This document shows positions 1 to 9,514 of a DNA stretch of 24,340 nt, in pieces. The notes under the pieces were generated by a model that saw only the letters and a program-made list of their open reading frames with translations, did not search any database and was not told the DNA's origin. A program made the position numbers and the translations under genes. Source of the stretch: a virus (lineage: Duplodnaviria; Caudoviricetes); IMG/VR virus record IMGVR_UViG_3300028284_000029, positions 1 through 24,340 of that record, one strand, 5' to 3'. Position 1 is the stretch's first letter, and every line of letters starts with the position of its first letter.

Positions 1-1
1 T

Positions 2-652
2 TGTCGCAGTAGTGGTCAATGCCTGTGTGGGTTCAACAAAGGTATTGAGTGTATCAATCTCTACTTCTAGTTCTTTAATTGCGGTTGATACAGTTGATGC
101 GGTTGTACCCATTGCTAACGCAGTGATTGTACCTAACTCGGCATCGTGTTCATTTATTGCCGCAGTCAAATTCTTTGCCGTAGTGGTCAGACCAGTATGT
201 GGTCTTGCACCGATATCACTATCAAGTTCACCAACTGCCGATACTAAATCATTAGCAGTGGTTGATAGGATAGCAGCGACCAGTCCATTATCAGTTCCTC
301 GGATACCAAGTTCTAGTTCGTTGATACCTGATACGATGTCATTCGCATTGGTGGTCAAGTCTGCCTTTGCGTTACCACCACCCTCACCATGAAGGTCACT
401 ATCAAGTTCGTGTAGTGCAGACACAACATTATTTGCTGTAAAACCTGCAATTGATAAATCTGATTCAACAAGTCTGTTTGAAGTACCACGAATTCCTAAT
501 TCAAGTTCGTTAATACTAGATGTTACGTCTGAATCCTCGTTGGTGTTCAAACGACCAGTAGCACCCAAATCCAATGATATGGTGTTTTGGTTGGTTACTA
601 ACGTAGTGAAAGTATCCAGAATATCCGTGATTGTTGGTGTAGGTGTTGACAT
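2..652 (-). CDS. Fibre/fibritin (Wac)-like virion protein with coiled-coil repeats, running off the window edge (not in ORF track)
   Basis: ATG at 652-650 overlaps the upstream TAA (TAATG). The frame is open to the window start: MSTPTPTITDILDTFTTLVTNQNTISLDLGATGRL... It carries repeated L-x-T-T-A-x-x-(L/I/V)-x-x-A-I-N-E-like units and a duplicated INELELGIRGT. It lies after the baseplate genes. Confidence 0.7.
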   Translation of the reverse strand, partial: MSTPTPTITDILDTFTTLVTNQNTISLDLGATGRLNTNEDSDVTSSINELELGIRGTSNRLVESDLSIAGFTANNVVSALHELDSDLHGEGGGNAKADLTTNANDIVSGINELELGIRGTDNGLVAAILSTTANDLVSAVGELDSDIGARPHTGLTTTAKNLTAAINEHDAELGTITALAMGTTASTVSTAIKELEVEIDTLNTFVEPTQALTTTAT

Positions 653-858
653 TAGAGTTTCTCTACTAGTTTATTGAGGAGTTCTTTTAGTTCATTGACA
701 TCTTGTCGCAAGTCTTGGAACTCTTTTTCTTTATTCTGTCTTGCCGTCTTCGCGGCACGTGCTTTCTGTATCTCACCTTTATTTATATTAATAATGGCAC
801 CCGAATTAGGACATCTTGCCAAATTCGGGTTACCCTTTACAGAAATAAACTCATTCAT
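652..858 (-). CDS. Small hypothetical protein (68 aa) with C-terminal coiled coil
   Basis: TAATG overlaps at both ends. VKGNPNLARCPNSGAIIN resembles the small gene that follows the VrlC-like gene in marine T4-like phages. Heptad-like tail FQDLRQDVNELKELLNKLVEKL. Confidence 0.8.
   Translation of the reverse strand: MNEFISVKGNPNLARCPNSGAIININKGEIQKARAAKTARQNKEKEFQDLRQDVNELKELLNKLVEKL
780..787 (-). promoter_or_regulatory. Putative T4-type late promoter (TATAAATA) inside the 68-aa gene
   Basis: TATTTATA on the + strand at 780-787, oriented toward the fibre-like gene that starts about 130 nt downstream. It could also be a by-product of the N-I-N-K codons. Confidence 0.5.
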
Positions 859-3800
859 TAGGTTGCCATCGCAATTGCTCTAAAGTCTCGTATGAACGGA
901 ACTTTAGCAGAGTTGTTACCTCTAAACACAATCTTGAACTGATAATCTGTGAATGCATTCAGTGTTCCGGTATCACCACCGATGAGATAACGATACTCAC
1001 GGAAGTTTCTTTCGTCCGGTTGAACTGTTGTTTCTTCTTCCACCAAAGTCCAAGTAGTATTTTGAAGGTCACTACCTTCGGTTCCTGTTCTGTAATACAA
1101 ATCAATATTACTACCATTAGGTCTTATTGCCGCAAGCATTACTTTCAGACCCCTTGCAGGTTCGTCTAACTGTCCAACAATACTAAGGTGTTTAGCAAGT
1201 GCAGAACCACCAAACGCATTTGTCTCAGCAGAGTATGTCAACGGAATGTTAAATCCATTCTCAGTACCACTTGCAATCTGATTATCAATTTGATTTGTTT
1301 CTGTTGTTATTGATGCACCCTGCGTATCAATGATCGGGGATACCGAAGTTTTTGTGGTTGCCATATCAACTTTGATTGTTACAGATCGTTCACCACCCAT
1401 CTGACTAGTTTCGTTTGACGGATTTGCTATAAGTCTCGGACTTGCAAAATAGTTTTCGTCACCAATTACAACTTCCTTACTATAGGAGGCATCTTTTCCG
1501 TATTTTACTTGTTGACCTGTTATGGCAGCGAGTGACTTACCCGCAGTCAGTTTAGTCTGATAAGTTAGTGTTGTGTCATCTGGAATTAATGTGGTAAAGT
1601 TAGGTGATGCAACATCAAACTGAATCTGCTTATCAACTAATACTAAGTCTGCACCGAATCTACCTGACGATGTTGCGGCACTTGCGGCATTGAATCGTAT
1701 AGCAAATCCATCTACCGCAGTGATAGTTCTGGCACCATTAATATTAGAACCCAATACACCATTGTAGGATGTTCCTCCAACCAATCCAGATATATTCACT
1801 GTATCGTTTACAGTGAAACCGTGGTTGGGACATAGTGCTGTTACTACGGCACTACCACTAGTCATGTATAGTGGGTTGGTAGTCAATAGTTCAGAATCTA
1901 TATCACGGTTCTCAAACACTGCACTACCAGAAGTTGCAAAGGTAGCAGTAAAGATTTTGAACGCAAGGTCTTTAGTTTGGTCTGGTTCCCAAGTCGTACC
2001 ATTCTGTGACTTAAACAATGAACCCATAGATGGTTGACGAGAGATTCTCTTCTCGGTAGAACCTAATTCAAATGCGTATGTTTCACCAACATATGCTTCA
2101 TACTCAATAGATTCCGCAAGTAGAACAATTGCATACTCAGTTTCGGGGTTCAAGAAGATGGGTTCATCAAACTCAAAAGTAGTCGGATTTGCAACTACGT
2201 TTGCCTGTGTCTGACTTGAAGGAACGTCAATATCGGTTGGATGTACAAACTTAATAGACTGAGCATGAATCTCAGTTGAACTTGGATGTCCATTCACCAT
2301 CGGACGAATTTGTAATTGAACCGGAATACCAGTACTGTCCACTTTCTTAAAGTAAGTCTGAATCTTAGTTACAAAGATACCCGATGGGTTAGTCACAAAG
2401 AATGACTGTGCCAATGGATCAGTTACTTTAACTCTTGTTGTTGTAGTCCATCTACGTGTTCTGGTCTGTGTGATACGAGTAGACGATATAGTCTGTTGTC
2501 TCGTGTCCAGAGTACCCTGTGCAGTATAGTTAAATGATGCCTGTGAAAGAGCGGCATCATCATCATTCTTACTAATGTCAAGTAATTTAAACTCACGTGT
2601 ACCCGCACGGAAACGTGTAGTTGGTGACGATGGAATGAAGAACGAACCTTCAATGACACCATTGACATCACTAACCAAGTCAGATGGCGTGGCAGGATGT
2701 TGAGTCGCATTACGATTTGCGTTAGAATATACAAGGTCTGTTGCCAGAGCACCATATCGTAGGAATGTTTCGTCTTTACAAAATGCACTTACATCTTTAC
2801 CATCAAAGAATGGGAAAAACTGACTGTTTGGACGCAGACCCTCTGCCTTGAAGAATACCTTACGCGAACGTATGAATGGTAGGAACGTCAAGGATACTGT
2901 CCTGTCTCCAACTATCTGACGAACAGTTCTTTCTCCGACAACAATACGGTTGGAGAAAGACCGAATGACATTGAAGTCTGAATTCTGTCTGCCACCATTG
3001 CCATTACCCACATTTTGAACTCTGGTGGTTTCGGCAGGTACACCTCTCCAGTTCCAAGCAGGAGTTCCTCTCCAACCAGACTTCAGTTCACTTGGAACTG
3101 ACCCAAACCCCGCAACAGGTGTCCATGAGTTACCTATATCCCACTTCCATCTTGCTACTTCATTTCTATCTTGACTAATGATATTACTATTGATATTACC
3201 AAGATCAACATTGACATTCTCAACAGCAGTGTTATTGATTACGTTTGCAGGATTGTACTTGGTCTGGAACCAGTTGTCAGTCGCGGGTGACATAGTAATG
3301 TTACCCTCACCTGTAATAACTGCGAATGGGTTTACATTCTCTGTACCAGATACAAGTGTCTGTACGATAGTGGGAGATTCTGTATACTTCAAGTAAACAG
3401 TATCACCTTTCAAAATAGTGTTAGTTGACTTAGAAGAATCGTATGCAAGAATCACATCATCTTCTATGGTAGGTACTGATAACAGACCTCGTGATGGATC
3501 AATACCCGCACGATATTCAATGTTATTAGTATCCGAGAATGATCTGCTAGAGAAATTATCTACAAAGAAACCTGATTTAATTCTTGCAACACCATCTGCA
3601 TCCAATACTAATAGGGAGGCAGTATCTAGTTCAAGAAGACTCAATGAAGTTGCTTCTTCAATCTTATCAACTCTATTTTCCAGTTGAGCAATATCACCCA
3701 TAGTGAATCGTTTTGCCTTGAATGGAACAACAACAACATCAGAATCATTTAGACCATAAGGATTGTGATCTATCTGGAATAGTGGTAGTGTGTTTTCTGG

Positions 3801-6041
3801 TGTTGCAGGAATCTGAGTGGCAAATCCTTCTTCACCTTGAATATTCTTGATCTCCCCTTGACTGGTAACAACAATCTTGTCTGCACGAGGTAGATAGTAT
3901 TCTACGTCTGATTGGAAGATATCGCCATTTGTAGGGATTTCGGTTGCACCGGATGCAACGAAAGCACCACTAGAGTTAACACTATTACGGAAGTCTATAA
4001 CATCACGTAAGTTTATTTTAAGACGTGTTCCACTTCCACTACTAAAGACAGGAATATCTTCATAGTCAACCTGACCAGTGTAGGAGTTTACTGCAAAGAA
4101 GTCACCCGCACCGTGAGTAAAGTGTTTGAATGCAACATAGACATTTCCAGTTGGTGCCGTTGCACCAGTCTCCAGTACCATACGACCATTGTCATAGAAA
4201 CCTGCACGTTGACCGTTGTCCAGTGTGAATAGATGAGAAACATCTTCACCACTTGAAGTCAATAGGTTTACTGACGAAACACTCAGGATGTCAGTCTTAC
4301 CTAGATCAATAAACTCAACACCATTAACAGTTGATACTGTCGTAGTCACTGTTGCATCAGTAAGAGTCTTCTGCCGAACAGCAGGTGATCCCTTTTGTAT
4401 TTTGGCATATACAGTATGTTCAACATTGGTAAGGTTGCTTATTTGTAAACTTTGTGTGCCAACAGCACCAAACGTAGCATTGGTAACTACCACACCATCA
4501 GTATTTTTTACAATAATCCACTGAGAAGTATTTGAAAATGACTCGGTGTTATTACCTAACGCAAGGGTAAACGAACCACCACTAGCAGTGTCTACAAATA
4601 CTCGTTGTACTTCATAGTCAAAGTCACTAACAATTCTGGGACGAGGGTTGGGTAAACCAAACACCATGTTCACTTTTTGAGACTCTTTGATTACTGCCAG
4701 ATTGTTCTCAAAGACTGGTATGGCACGTCTAATTGTACTAGTACCAATAGTCTTGATTGCACGTAAGTTTTGTCCACTGTTCATATTGATGTCAAACAGG
4801 TACACACGGAAGTTGTTTCCATCTTTCTCTACAGCACGAACTCGCGCAGTACCTGTAACAGATGCGGCAGGGTTGGTAGTGGAGGTTGATAGGTTCAAAG
4901 TTTCATTTGTACGAATATCTAGTAGACCTAGTAATTCACTACAAATAAAATACTGTCCATAGGAGATGCCTGTAAATTGGTTTTCAATTGTCGCAGTTGT
5001 GCGAGGTTTAGGAATAACCAATGGAGTTGGTTTCTCACTCGCACCACGATAACCATTGACATAGGCAACACCATCTGATATAGTAGCAATTGTATTAGTA
5101 CCAGAGTCTCTGAAATCAACAGTAAATGGGTTGACAATATAGTTACCAGACTCTTCACTAGTCCTTCGGGCAAGTGTGTCTGCAATCTTATTGTAATCAT
5201 CAGTACCAGTAACTTGGTCAACAATGTTACCTTCTAACACATCACAGTAGTATACAAAGTTCTCGTCAGCGGTAACCTGATCTTTGGTTGTCAATGTAAG
5301 ACGAATACGATATCTGTCTGCGCCAGGCGAGGATAAATTAGGTGTAACACCCTGATTGTCATACAACGCTACGTCATCCGCAGTTGTTACAATATCTTCT
5401 GTTACTTTAAAACCAACAACGGCAGTGGGGTATCTAGTATATTTGGAAAGGATGATTGACTGACCCTTTGCGAATACGAAGTGTCCACGGGTGAAAAAAT
5501 CACCTTCTGCGTTTGCAATTTTACAACCACGACCAACTGGTTGGTCTGTACCAACTGCGTTAGCGATCTGTAGATTATCTACGGTGTTGTCAATTCGTTC
5601 ACCCGCAGTGAAACGGATTGAAGTATCACCCGCTTCAGCGGATGATGTGTTGATGTACTGGACATACAATGTTGCAGGATCAGTGGAAGTTGCGGCAACA
5701 ACCTCAATTACCTTTGCTTCTACACTAGAAGAAGTACCAGTCATCGTGGTTCCGACCAACACCGAAGGATCAACAGGTAAAGAAAATTCTAAAGTATTTA
5801 ACTTAACATACTCATAATCGTTCGTGATAGTAGGACCGCCTGGATTTACTGCACCACCTTCCTTAAATATATTACGACCAAACCTTCCTATTTCCTCTTG
5901 GATAATAGTCTGTAATTGGGTTAGTTCCCTTGCTTGTACAGCACGACCACTATTGAAGAGGATTCTGTGATAGTTATCACTGTCTACAAAATCATCTCTG
6001 TAAGAGGAAGAGAATACATTGGATGTAAATGTTTTTGGCAT
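858..6041 (-). CDS. Large virion structural protein, VrlC-like / DUF4815 family (1727 aa)
   Basis: N-terminal YRDDF..NYHRILF..GRAVQARELTQLQTIIQ, then PGADRY, YVNGY, KSGFFVDNF, ENVNPFAV, DPLAQSF, GSLFKSQNGTTW, and C-terminal FIRDFRAIA. These motifs are typical of this family in T4-like marine phages. Confidence 0.88.
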   Translation of the reverse strand: MPKTFTSNVFSSSYRDDFVDSDNYHRILFNSGRAVQARELTQLQTIIQEEIGRFGRNIFKEGGAVNPGGPTITNDYEYVKLNTLEFSLPVDPSVLVGTTMTGTSSSVEAKVIEVVAATSTDPATLYVQYINTSSAEAGDTSIRFTAGERIDNTVDNLQIANAVGTDQPVGRGCKIANAEGDFFTRGHFVFAKGQSIILSKYTRYPTAVVGFKVTEDIVTTADDVALYDNQGVTPNLSSPGADRYRIRLTLTTKDQVTADENFVYYCDVLEGNIVDQVTGTDDYNKIADTLARRTSEESGNYIVNPFTVDFRDSGTNTIATISDGVAYVNGYRGASEKPTPLVIPKPRTTATIENQFTGISYGQYFICSELLGLLDIRTNETLNLSTSTTNPAASVTGTARVRAVEKDGNNFRVYLFDINMNSGQNLRAIKTIGTSTIRRAIPVFENNLAVIKESQKVNMVFGLPNPRPRIVSDFDYEVQRVFVDTASGGSFTLALGNNTESFSNTSQWIIVKNTDGVVVTNATFGAVGTQSLQISNLTNVEHTVYAKIQKGSPAVRQKTLTDATVTTTVSTVNGVEFIDLGKTDILSVSSVNLLTSSGEDVSHLFTLDNGQRAGFYDNGRMVLETGATAPTGNVYVAFKHFTHGAGDFFAVNSYTGQVDYEDIPVFSSGSGTRLKINLRDVIDFRNSVNSSGAFVASGATEIPTNGDIFQSDVEYYLPRADKIVVTSQGEIKNIQGEEGFATQIPATPENTLPLFQIDHNPYGLNDSDVVVVPFKAKRFTMGDIAQLENRVDKIEEATSLSLLELDTASLLVLDADGVARIKSGFFVDNFSSRSFSDTNNIEYRAGIDPSRGLLSVPTIEDDVILAYDSSKSTNTILKGDTVYLKYTESPTIVQTLVSGTENVNPFAVITGEGNITMSPATDNWFQTKYNPANVINNTAVENVNVDLGNINSNIISQDRNEVARWKWDIGNSWTPVAGFGSVPSELKSGWRGTPAWNWRGVPAETTRVQNVGNGNGGRQNSDFNVIRSFSNRIVVGERTVRQIVGDRTVSLTFLPFIRSRKVFFKAEGLRPNSQFFPFFDGKDVSAFCKDETFLRYGALATDLVYSNANRNATQHPATPSDLVSDVNGVIEGSFFIPSSPTTRFRAGTREFKLLDISKNDDDAALSQASFNYTAQGTLDTRQQTISSTRITQTRTRRWTTTTRVKVTDPLAQSFFVTNPSGIFVTKIQTYFKKVDSTGIPVQLQIRPMVNGHPSSTEIHAQSIKFVHPTDIDVPSSQTQANVVANPTTFEFDEPIFLNPETEYAIVLLAESIEYEAYVGETYAFELGSTEKRISRQPSMGSLFKSQNGTTWEPDQTKDLAFKIFTATFATSGSAVFENRDIDSELLTTNPLYMTSGSAVVTALCPNHGFTVNDTVNISGLVGGTSYNGVLGSNINGARTITAVDGFAIRFNAASAATSSGRFGADLVLVDKQIQFDVASPNFTTLIPDDTTLTYQTKLTAGKSLAAITGQQVKYGKDASYSKEVVIGDENYFASPRLIANPSNETSQMGGERSVTIKVDMATTKTSVSPIIDTQGASITTETNQIDNQIASGTENGFNIPLTYSAETNAFGGSALAKHLSIVGQLDEPARGLKVMLAAIRPNGSNIDLYYRTGTEGSDLQNTTWTLVEEETTVQPDERNFREYRYLIGGDTGTLNAFTDYQFKIVFRGNNSAKVPFIRDFRAIAMAT

Positions 6042-6054
6042 CTTCTATACTACC

Positions 6055-7422
6055 TTAAATTTGAATTACGAGTTTAATGTCTTCGGTCTGATCATCCGAA
6101 CGAGTAATAGACGCTCGGTTATCAATATATAGTATCTCTCCAGTCATGGTGTCAATCTCTGGGTTTACATATGGGGTTACTGATATATCTAGTACACCAA
6201 CACCACTATCATTTAATTCTGAAACACCCTCACCCGCAGTGAAGTTTCCGAATCCGGTATCTTCGGTTTGGTGATACCATATAGAAGAACCGTTAACTTT
6301 ATCAATTAAGGCAATATTACCTGAAGTACCACCTACAATTTTGTTATCTGGTGAGAATGTTGAGGTAACTGTTGACAAGATTAGTTTCTTCAAACAGATA
6401 CCTGTAGTTTCTGTGAAAAGAACTGAACCGGAAGAGTCCATTGGATTCTTCAATAGACCAACCTGTCGGAAATCGTTACCAACAATAAAGTCGGTTGATT
6501 CGTTACCAGATGGTTTGACGTTCAACATGATTGCAGTAGAACGTAAGTCATCTCTTGGGTCTGCACCTAGTCCTAATGGACTTCCGAGGATTGCACGAAC
6601 CTTAGCGGGTTTGGTCACATTTGAACCACCACCAGTAACAGTTACGTTTGCAAAAGTGTAACCAGAACCCATTGTGTAACTACCAGAACTATCAATGAGA
6701 GTAACCTTGGTTACCTGTTGACCAGAGATAGTTGCACCTCCCTTTGCTTTTATTCCACCAACATTTCCTGTTACCGTGATAGCAGGTGCAGTATCGTAAC
6801 CTGCTCCACCGGAGTCTACTGCGAAACCAACAATCTGTCCTACAATAGCGGCATCTTGTACTGCCTTCTGTTCTATGAGTGCAGCGGGAGTATCTGCATC
6901 TACTGTTATAACCTTTTGTATGGGGATATAGTTTGCAGAAATAAACTTATTCGCGTCCAAGGCACCGATAGAGTACAAGAACTTCCAAATATAACCATCA
7001 GGAGTATCAAAAGGAGTGCCATCAAGATTACCAGTAGGTTGTTGAGTAGATACCTGTGCCTGACCAGCAGCGTTTCTACCCTGTTGGATACACATATATA
7101 CTTGGTTGTTGTCGTTCATCACATAGTATGTCTGAGTAGGATAACCAACTACTGAGTCATCATATGCAGAATAGATTGCACCAGATGACCAGTTGTATCT
7201 TGGAACACAGAATGTGAGGTCGGATACTTTCTTTGCAGACTGTAATCCGAGACGAAAATTTCTTTCTTCTCGTGCAGAGTTAACTGGAACAGGTGCCGCA
7301 TCAGTTTCATTCCAATCTTCAGAGCGACCAATCACCGCATAGTAGTGCGTACCCGAAGAATCTATATCATCCTTCAGATTTTGAATTACTTGCTTTTTAA
7401 TTGGGTTTGTAATAATCGCCAT
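6055..7422 (-). CDS. gp8: Baseplate wedge subunit gp8
   Basis: YYAVIGRSEDW, VPRYNWSSGAIY, YYVMNDNNQVYMCI, DGYIWKFLYSI, DFRQVGLLKNP, GEILYIDNRASITRSDDQTEDIKLVIQI. Confidence 0.92.
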   Translation of the reverse strand: MAIITNPIKKQVIQNLKDDIDSSGTHYYAVIGRSEDWNETDAAPVPVNSAREERNFRLGLQSAKKVSDLTFCVPRYNWSSGAIYSAYDDSVVGYPTQTYYVMNDNNQVYMCIQQGRNAAGQAQVSTQQPTGNLDGTPFDTPDGYIWKFLYSIGALDANKFISANYIPIQKVITVDADTPAALIEQKAVQDAAIVGQIVGFAVDSGGAGYDTAPAITVTGNVGGIKAKGGATISGQQVTKVTLIDSSGSYTMGSGYTFANVTVTGGGSNVTKPAKVRAILGSPLGLGADPRDDLRSTAIMLNVKPSGNESTDFIVGNDFRQVGLLKNPMDSSGSVLFTETTGICLKKLILSTVTSTFSPDNKIVGGTSGNIALIDKVNGSSIWYHQTEDTGFGNFTAGEGVSELNDSGVGVLDISVTPYVNPEIDTMTGEILYIDNRASITRSDDQTEDIKLVIQI

Positions 7423-7442
7423 TATGTCTTGTTCCTATTAAA

Positions 7443-8471
7443 TTACGTGTTATTGATAGTCGCACCATTATTGGATACGAGAAACCATTTGCTTGCGGTT
7501 GAGTTCCATACAAGAATACAACCATCACCCTGACTGAATTCAAGTTGTTTATTGTTGTTTACACCAAATATTTTAGTGGTACTTCCTGCCTGTAAGTTTA
7601 CTTGACCTGCTCCAATATTACTTAGGTACTTCACTTCACCCTGAATAGTACCGTCACTGATAGTTGGATTAATCACACTACCAGAGTTGAATACTGTTAA
7701 TGGTTCTGTCAAATCTATTGCTTCGGTTGTCGCGACATCAGTTCCCTTTTCAAGAACAAGTTTGTTTACGATCTGAACAGCACCAGTACCCTTTGCACCA
7801 AGGTGTAGACTGATATTAGTATCTGAACCATCAACATCAATAGAAGCGGGTTGACCAGTTGCACTGTTGGTAATCGTCACAAAGTTAACTGCACTCGCAG
7901 TCTTAACAAACTTCAGATATTCATTACTACCACTATCTAATAATAGAGAACCCCCATCAATACCACCCAACTTGACACTCTCTAATGTCGGCATGGTAAA
8001 TGTTTTATTGGTCAATGTCTGAGTATGATTCTCAAATACAAAGGTATCACCTGCACCCAATGCAGGAAGTGCAATGTTACGATTCGCAGAGATATTACCT
8101 ACTGTTAGATTATAGGTATGACTTGAATCTGCATCTTTAATCTTTGGTGTTGTCATTGTGGGAACAAGAATAGTCTTGTTGGTTATGGTCTGAGTCGCAG
8201 TGTTTAGAACGAGTGTACCACTCGCATCAGGTATTACGACTGCACGGTCTGCGGTGGGTTCGGCACTTAGAACAGTCTCGTGATCATCTGCCGCCTGACC
8301 TTCAAACTCAACTCCTGCGGCAGTTAATCTTACTGTCGCAGTCGCTTCATCACCACCAATGGCAGTGTATAGTTGTGCGAAGTTTTCATTTATCTTCTGT
8401 GCCGCAACTCGGAGGGTATCACCCGTTCCGTCATTTGCCGCAGTTCCTCTGTTTAGTGTCTGTCGTGCCAT
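7443..8471 (-). CDS. gp9/gp10-like baseplate tail-fibre connector or fibre protein
   Basis: N-terminus MARQTLNRGTAANDGTGDTLRVAAQKINENFAQLY is the gp9/gp10-type motif. Contains TQT(I/L)TNKT repeats. Has its own late promoter and an AGGA SD. Confidence 0.75.
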   Translation of the reverse strand: MARQTLNRGTAANDGTGDTLRVAAQKINENFAQLYTAIGGDEATATVRLTAAGVEFEGQAADDHETVLSAEPTADRAVVIPDASGTLVLNTATQTITNKTILVPTMTTPKIKDADSSHTYNLTVGNISANRNIALPALGAGDTFVFENHTQTLTNKTFTMPTLESVKLGGIDGGSLLLDSGSNEYLKFVKTASAVNFVTITNSATGQPASIDVDGSDTNISLHLGAKGTGAVQIVNKLVLEKGTDVATTEAIDLTEPLTVFNSGSVINPTISDGTIQGEVKYLSNIGAGQVNLQAGSTTKIFGVNNNKQLEFSQGDGCILVWNSTASKWFLVSNNGATINNT

Positions 8472-8495
8472 TCTATTCAGTCCTGTTGTTCATAC

Positions 8496-8503
8496 TATTT
8501 ATA
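8496..8503 (-). promoter_or_regulatory. T4-type late promoter TATAAATA
   Basis: Perfect box in the intergenic gap, 24 nt upstream of the ATG at 8471. Confidence 0.88.
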
Positions 8504-8515
8504 AGAGTTTATAAG

Positions 8516-9514
8516 TTATAATGTGAAACTTTTTATATATTGATCAGAGTCTGCACTCCAAAATTGATGTTTGTCTTGATCCATCGTTTCAAACGAGAAC
8601 GAGTTGCTCAAGTCCATACCATTAGTTCCTACTTCATCTGAATCATCAAATGTGGGTGAACTAGAAATCTGTGCTTCTCGTATAGACGAATACTGATTGT
8701 TAATAGTCTGTATCTGTTCAAGTGAGAAGTCTTCTACAGAAGTAAGTTCTGCATTGATTCTACTCAAGACTCCTGCCGAATCAGTATATAGGTCATCAAC
8801 AAGGGCAGAAATATCCATGTGTCCAAAGTCTCCAAACGATGCTTCCGAATGAACCGCAATAGGTGGCAGTGGTGCCGGTATTACCTGTGGTGCGGTTAGT
8901 GTATCTGCCACTACTGATACAATCTGAACTTCTGCTCCAATATACATTCCCGCAGGATGAGTAAATAATTTATAAGGTGCTACCCACTCACTATATGGTA
9001 TGTCTGACTTGATTAATAGTGCAAATGTCTGATACAATTTGTTATCGGTAATGTATCTCTGTGCATCAAGACCTAGAGTAGATTTCTCGTCTCCGATCTT
9101 AAATACATTTTCTTTTGTGTAGACAATATCTGGATCAATAGTAAAGAATGTTCGGAAGAACTGTTGTATAGAGTACTTAGTACCCTTAGAACGATACAGA
9201 ATACTTGAATACTTTGCCGCAGCGCGTTTGTCCGCAAATCCCTCAAAGTAGGATTGTCCCAACAGAAGTTCGTCTTCAATGTAGGACAACAACTCTAAAT
9301 CTGTCTGTGTGATATCGCGAGTGAGAAACAATTCGTGGATCAATCGTGCGGGTGAATTTTTCTCATGTGCCTCCTCATAGTAATGTTCTAACAGACTAAT
9401 TAATTTTGGATACTCAGTCTTAAAAAAGTCAGGCAGGACATTATCAATAGAATGACTAGTAAACGCAATCTCTCTACGTCCGATATCGGTTAACGTATCA
9501 TTCCTCTGTGCCAT
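8516..9514 (-). CDS. Short gp7-like baseplate wedge protein (332 aa)
   Basis: Directly follows gp6. Motifs LPDFFKTEYPKLISLLEHYY, LYRSKGTKYSIQQFFRTFF, YITDNKLYQTFALLIKS and LFTHPAGM match the conserved N- and C-terminal cores of marine T4-like gp7. Confidence 0.7.
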   Translation of the reverse strand: MAQRNDTLTDIGRREIAFTSHSIDNVLPDFFKTEYPKLISLLEHYYEEAHEKNSPARLIHELFLTRDITQTDLELLSYIEDELLLGQSYFEGFADKRAAAKYSSILYRSKGTKYSIQQFFRTFFTIDPDIVYTKENVFKIGDEKSTLGLDAQRYITDNKLYQTFALLIKSDIPYSEWVAPYKLFTHPAGMYIGAEVQIVSVVADTLTAPQVIPAPLPPIAVHSEASFGDFGHMDISALVDDLYTDSAGVLSRINAELTSVEDFSLEQIQTINNQYSSIREAQISSSPTFDDSDEVGTNGMDLSNSFSFETMDQDKHQFWSADSDQYIKSFTL

